Source: Coleofasciculus sp. B1-GNL1-01
GTDB lineage: Bacteria > Cyanobacteriota > Cyanobacteriia > Cyanobacteriales > Coleofasciculaceae
Length of the DNA: 64,000 bases
NCBI GenBank assembly: GCA_040220235.1
Contig: JAVJTO010000034.1
Strand: one strand, 5' to 3'
The position numbers were made by a program, and so were the translations under genes. Positions 60,282-64,000 of this stretch are shown here, in pieces. Every line of letters begins with the position of its first letter. Within the stretch, counting starts at the first letter, position 1. The notes beneath the pieces were generated by a model that worked only from the letters and a program-made list of their open reading frames with translations, was not told the origin of the DNA and did not search any database.

Positions 60282-61463
60282 ATGCTTAGCCGAATCAAAG
60301 ACCTCGCCCAAGACCTCGCACCGCGTCTGATTGAAATTCGCCGCCACATCCATGCTCATCCGGAATTGAGCGGTCAGGAATACCAAACGGCGGCGTATGT
60401 GGCGGGGGTGCTGTCCTCCTGTGGCATCGTTGTCCAAGAAGGAATTGCTAAAACCGGGGTGATTGGGGAATTAGTCGGGGGGACGGATGAACGCTTGGTG
60501 GCGATTCGCACGGATATGGATGCCTTACCGATTACTGAAGCCGCCCCTCTGGAATTTGCTTCCCGGAAGATGGGGATAATGCACGCCTGTGGTCATGATG
60601 TTCACACCACTGTTGGTTTAGGCACGGCGATGGTGTTGTCCGGATTGGGGGAACAATTACCGGGAAATGTGCGCTTCTTGTTTCAACCCGCTGAAGAAAT
60701 TGCCCAAGGTGCCAACTGGATGGTGCAGGATGGGGCGATGAATGATGTTAGTGCCATTTTTGGGGTTCATGTGTTCCCCTCGATTCCAGGCGGTTCTATT
60801 GGTGTGCGTTACGGCGCACTGACGGCGGCGGCGGATGACTTGGAAATCTTTATTACCGGGGAATCCGGTCATGGTGCCCGTCCCCATGAAGCCGTGGATG
60901 CGATTTGGATTGCGGCTCAGGTGATTACTACCTTACAGCAAGCGATTAGCCGCACTCAGAATCCGTTACGTCCGATGGTCTTGACAATTGGACAGATTAA
61001 TGGTGGACGCGCCCCGAATGTGATCGCCGATCAAGTTCATTTAGCCGGAACCGTGCGATCGCTCCACCCCGAAACTCACGCGAATCTGCCAGAATGGATT
61101 GAGTCAATTGTGGCAAATGTCTGCCAGATGTATGGCGCTCGCTATGAGGTGAGTTATCGCCGGGGTGTGCCTTCGGTGCAAAATGACTTAGTTCTGACGC
61201 AAATCTTAGAAGGATGTGCCAAGGAAGCCTGGGGCAATGATCGAGTGCAAATTTTACCCGAATCCTCTATGGGAGCAGAAGATTTTTCCATGTATTTAGA
61301 ACATGCTCCGGGTACGATGTTCCGCCTTGGCGTCGGGTTTAAGGATAAGCCTAATTATCCTTTACACCATCCCCAATTTGAAGTGAATGAATCGGCGATT
61401 ATTACAGGTGTAGTAACGCTGGCTTATTCGGTCTATCAATATTGGCAACAGTCTGTTTTGTAG
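60282..61463 (+). CDS. M20 family amidohydrolase
   Basis: HPELSGQE, RTDMDALP, HACGHD, FQPAEE, GHGARPH, GAEDF. Confidence 0.93.
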   Translation: MLSRIKDLAQDLAPRLIEIRRHIHAHPELSGQEYQTAAYVAGVLSSCGIVVQEGIAKTGVIGELVGGTDERLVAIRTDMDALPITEAAPLEFASRKMGIMHACGHDVHTTVGLGTAMVLSGLGEQLPGNVRFLFQPAEEIAQGANWMVQDGAMNDVSAIFGVHVFPSIPGGSIGVRYGALTAAADDLEIFITGESGHGARPHEAVDAIWIAAQVITTLQQAISRTQNPLRPMVLTIGQINGGRAPNVIADQVHLAGTVRSLHPETHANLPEWIESIVANVCQMYGARYEVSYRRGVPSVQNDLVLTQILEGCAKEAWGNDRVQILPESSMGAEDFSMYLEHAPGTMFRLGVGFKDKPNYPLHHPQFEVNESAIITGVVTLAYSVYQYWQQSVL

Positions 61464-61607
61464 GCAAGAGAGGGGTGAGTTTGGGAAATTTTAGGGGCGG
61501 GTTTAGGGTCTTTATTTTTGCTATTGATCGTAATCTTTGTACAAAACCCGCCCTGACCAACTTTTGAGTTGTATCCTATTATGAATATCTAAAATCTCAA
61601 CGAGGTT

Positions 61608-62246
61608 ATGAGTTTAACGTGTCAACAGCTTCTGCAAAAGCACAATCATGTATGGCATAAAGCAACCATACATCCATTTCTAGAACAGTGTAAATTAGGC
61701 ACAATTAAACCTGAACAATTCAACACCTGGCTGGTGCAAGATTATTTATTTGTGCTAGAATTTACCCGCTTGATTGGACGAGTCTTAGCCGCCGCCCCTG
61801 TCGCCCATTTTGATACTCTCCTAAGTGGAGCAAGTGCAATCAAAGATGAACTGGCTTGGTTTCGAGAAAAAGCGATGGAGCGATCGCTAAATCTAAATAC
61901 TCAAAAACAACCCGCCTGTAACCAATACTGTCACTTCATGCAAACGCTTTGGGAGATGCCTTATCCCGTCCAAGCCACAGCGTTTTGGGCGATTGAATTG
62001 GCATATAATCAAGGCTGGCAATTGCCAGGTCAGATGCGTCAGCCTTACAATGAATTTGCACAACGCTGGGGAAATCCAGGATTTACTGAGTATGTCGCTT
62101 TGTTGGAAAACCAAGCGAATCAGGTATTACCAGAGGCGTCAGAATCCATTCAACAGCAAGCCGAGTCTGCCTTTTTGCAAGTTGCTCAATTAGAAGCAGA
62201 GTTTTGGCAAATGGCATTTAATGCTGAAACGGATCGTGCCGGATAA
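61608..62246 (+). CDS. TenA/THI-4 family protein
   Basis: HPFL, WLVQDYLF, LEAEFWQMA. Confidence 0.88.
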   Translation: MSLTCQQLLQKHNHVWHKATIHPFLEQCKLGTIKPEQFNTWLVQDYLFVLEFTRLIGRVLAAAPVAHFDTLLSGASAIKDELAWFREKAMERSLNLNTQKQPACNQYCHFMQTLWEMPYPVQATAFWAIELAYNQGWQLPGQMRQPYNEFAQRWGNPGFTEYVALLENQANQVLPEASESIQQQAESAFLQVAQLEAEFWQMAFNAETDRAG

Positions 62247-62306
62247 TGTGACTAATTCCCCAGTTTCACTCAACCCTAACAACATATCACACCCAAGGAA
62301 AAAACT

Positions 62307-62726
62307 ATGACTCGCGCCATTATGGAAACGGAAAAAGGAACAATTCATCTAAACTTATTCGAGGAAGATGCTCCGAATACAGTGAAAAATTTTGTTGATC
62401 TCAGTGAAAAAGGCTTCTATGATGGATTGACATTTCATCGCGTTATTCCCGATTTTATGATTCAAGGCGGTTGTCCTCTGGGAACGGGTACGGGAGGTCC
62501 TGGCTATACGATTAACTGTGAAATTAACCCCAATAAGCATTTAGCTGGGTCATTATCGATGGCACATGCGGGACGTAATACTGGCGGAAGTCAATTTTTT
62601 ATTTGCCACTCGCCTCAACCCCATTTAGATGGCGTCCATACTGTTTTTGGTAAAACCGAAGATATGGATGTGGTTAATGCGATTCAGAAAGGGGATAAGA
62701 TTCTTTCGGTGAAGATTGAAGAGTAA
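62307..62726 (+). CDS. Cyclophilin-type peptidyl-prolyl isomerase
   Basis: [41 protein letters not shown]. Confidence 0.95.
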   Translation: MTRAIMETEKGTIHLNLFEEDAPNTVKNFVDLSEKGFYDGLTFHRVIPDFMIQGGCPLGTGTGGPGYTINCEINPNKHLAGSLSMAHAGRNTGGSQFFICHSPQPHLDGVHTVFGKTEDMDVVNAIQKGDKILSVKIEE

Positions 62727-62740
62727 TTTTGTCGGCTCAT

Positions 62741-63751
62741 TCAATTAGAGGGCAACGCCGATTCAGAAAGGGGATTGATGGGGTGAATCACGATAACATT
62801 TTCATCCTGATCATCCCCACTGTTGTACAGATAGTCAAAAGCAGTGGTATCGTTAAGTAGATGCGATCGCAAAAACAAGGCACTCCAACGAGCGATAGTT
62901 TCTGTAGCTACATCTTGGTCTAATAAAGGTCTAACAGGATCGCGAACGGGGTTATCTTCATTGGTAATCCCATAATGGTTAGCCCCTTTGACAATGACTA
63001 AAGCCTTGGGTGAATCTTGAATTTGGTTGTAAGTAGCTGTGACTTCAACTAAATCGGCAATTGTGTCTTGACTTCCGGCAATTAAAGCGGTGGGAATCAT
63101 TTGATTATTAATCGGCGGAAATGAACCTGTTTCGGGGGGATCTTTAAAGTTTGTACCATAGAAAATACCAGCCATTACTTCAGGAGGCTGGGTAAAGTTA
63201 CCAGCGCATACTCTAGGAACGCAGATGTCTTGAATAACAGCTAATCCGACAAACCCGCCAAACGAATGTCCGAGTAATCCGAGTTTATTGGTATTAACAA
63301 TTCCCGCAATCGGTGAATCCGGATTAGTGTTTTCTTCTTTTATATAAGAAAGAACATCATTGACTTGCTGCTGTTCAGCAATAAACCCTGTGACGGGTTC
63401 TCCTGTTCTGGGATTGGTTACAGTTCGTTCATGATTAGGGACAATCACGACAAATCCGTAACTGGCAACGGTACTGGCGAAATTGGCGTAATCGGCTTTA
63501 TCCACTAATGCTCCTTGCAGCATTAAGGCGATGGGAAATTGATTGGTGTTGGTGTTAGAATTTGAGGGAATTGGGAAATAAATATCAGCGGGATCACCAT
63601 TGGTTGTAATTGTTGTTTGATAAGTATTAACGGTATCGAATAAAGGTTCGGCGCTATAGGTTGCAGAGGTTGGTTCTCCTGGTGCTAAAGCAATGAATAA
63701 TGCCCCGATTATGGTTACAGATGATTGTTTTTTTGTGGATAAGCAACTCAT
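62741..63751 (-). CDS. Secreted alpha/beta hydrolase (chlorophyllase-like)
   Basis: ASYGFVV, nucleophile GHSFGG, GSQD, GANHY. Confidence 0.85.
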   Translation of the reverse strand: MSCLSTKKQSSVTIIGALFIALAPGEPTSATYSAEPLFDTVNTYQTTITTNGDPADIYFPIPSNSNTNTNQFPIALMLQGALVDKADYANFASTVASYGFVVIVPNHERTVTNPRTGEPVTGFIAEQQQVNDVLSYIKEENTNPDSPIAGIVNTNKLGLLGHSFGGFVGLAVIQDICVPRVCAGNFTQPPEVMAGIFYGTNFKDPPETGSFPPINNQMIPTALIAGSQDTIADLVEVTATYNQIQDSPKALVIVKGANHYGITNEDNPVRDPVRPLLDQDVATETIARWSALFLRSHLLNDTTAFDYLYNSGDDQDENVIVIHPINPLSESALPSN

Positions 63752-64000
63752 TGTCTGCGAGATTTTCGGATTATTTTAAGACTGTCGGAAAAATTGAGTC
63801 CATTGTCAAGTGTTTCGGATAGGTTGCACTCATGGAGTGGCGTGGCACATCTAAAATGGTGGAATAGATTTTACGGTTAAATTGGGCGCACGTCAGTGCG
63901 CCCCTACGGTGAAATGCTTAAATAATTGAAAAAGACATTAGATTTTAACCTAATGCCTTTTTGGTCGATTATAGCCTAATATAGCGAACAGGTTAACCTA

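Overview
Window from a filamentous cyanobacterium (frequent HIP1 GCGATCGC, nblB, PEP-CTERM genes, Uma2 paralogs, STRR heptamers, GTAG-type REPs). Most of it is housekeeping and accessory genes (cobQ, hisIE, hisF, ruvB, ggt, gloA, udp, tRNA-Ala) mixed with many small repeats. The main feature is a cluster of IS200/IS605 OMEGA elements. There are two related isrB elements (PLMP + split RuvC, no HNH), each with an upstream omegaRNA and a downstream ATGA motif. The second is interrupted just after its RuvC-I motif by a complete 2.57-kb group IIB intron (RT-maturase-HNH) with non-canonical CUGCG...AGC ends; removing the intron restores a 388-aa IsrB, the same length as the intron-free copy. Also present: a tnpB-only element lacking the Zn-finger, inserted into a palindrome; two tiny IS605-end remnants; a putative type II R-M pair next to a decayed toxin gene; a NACHT-HEAT protein; a 16-repeat variable HEAT protein; a 1540-aa SF1-helicase/TPR protein with a RelE-like-looking N-terminus; and a ZIP-cNMP fusion. 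All calls are by eye from sequence motifs; no database search was run.
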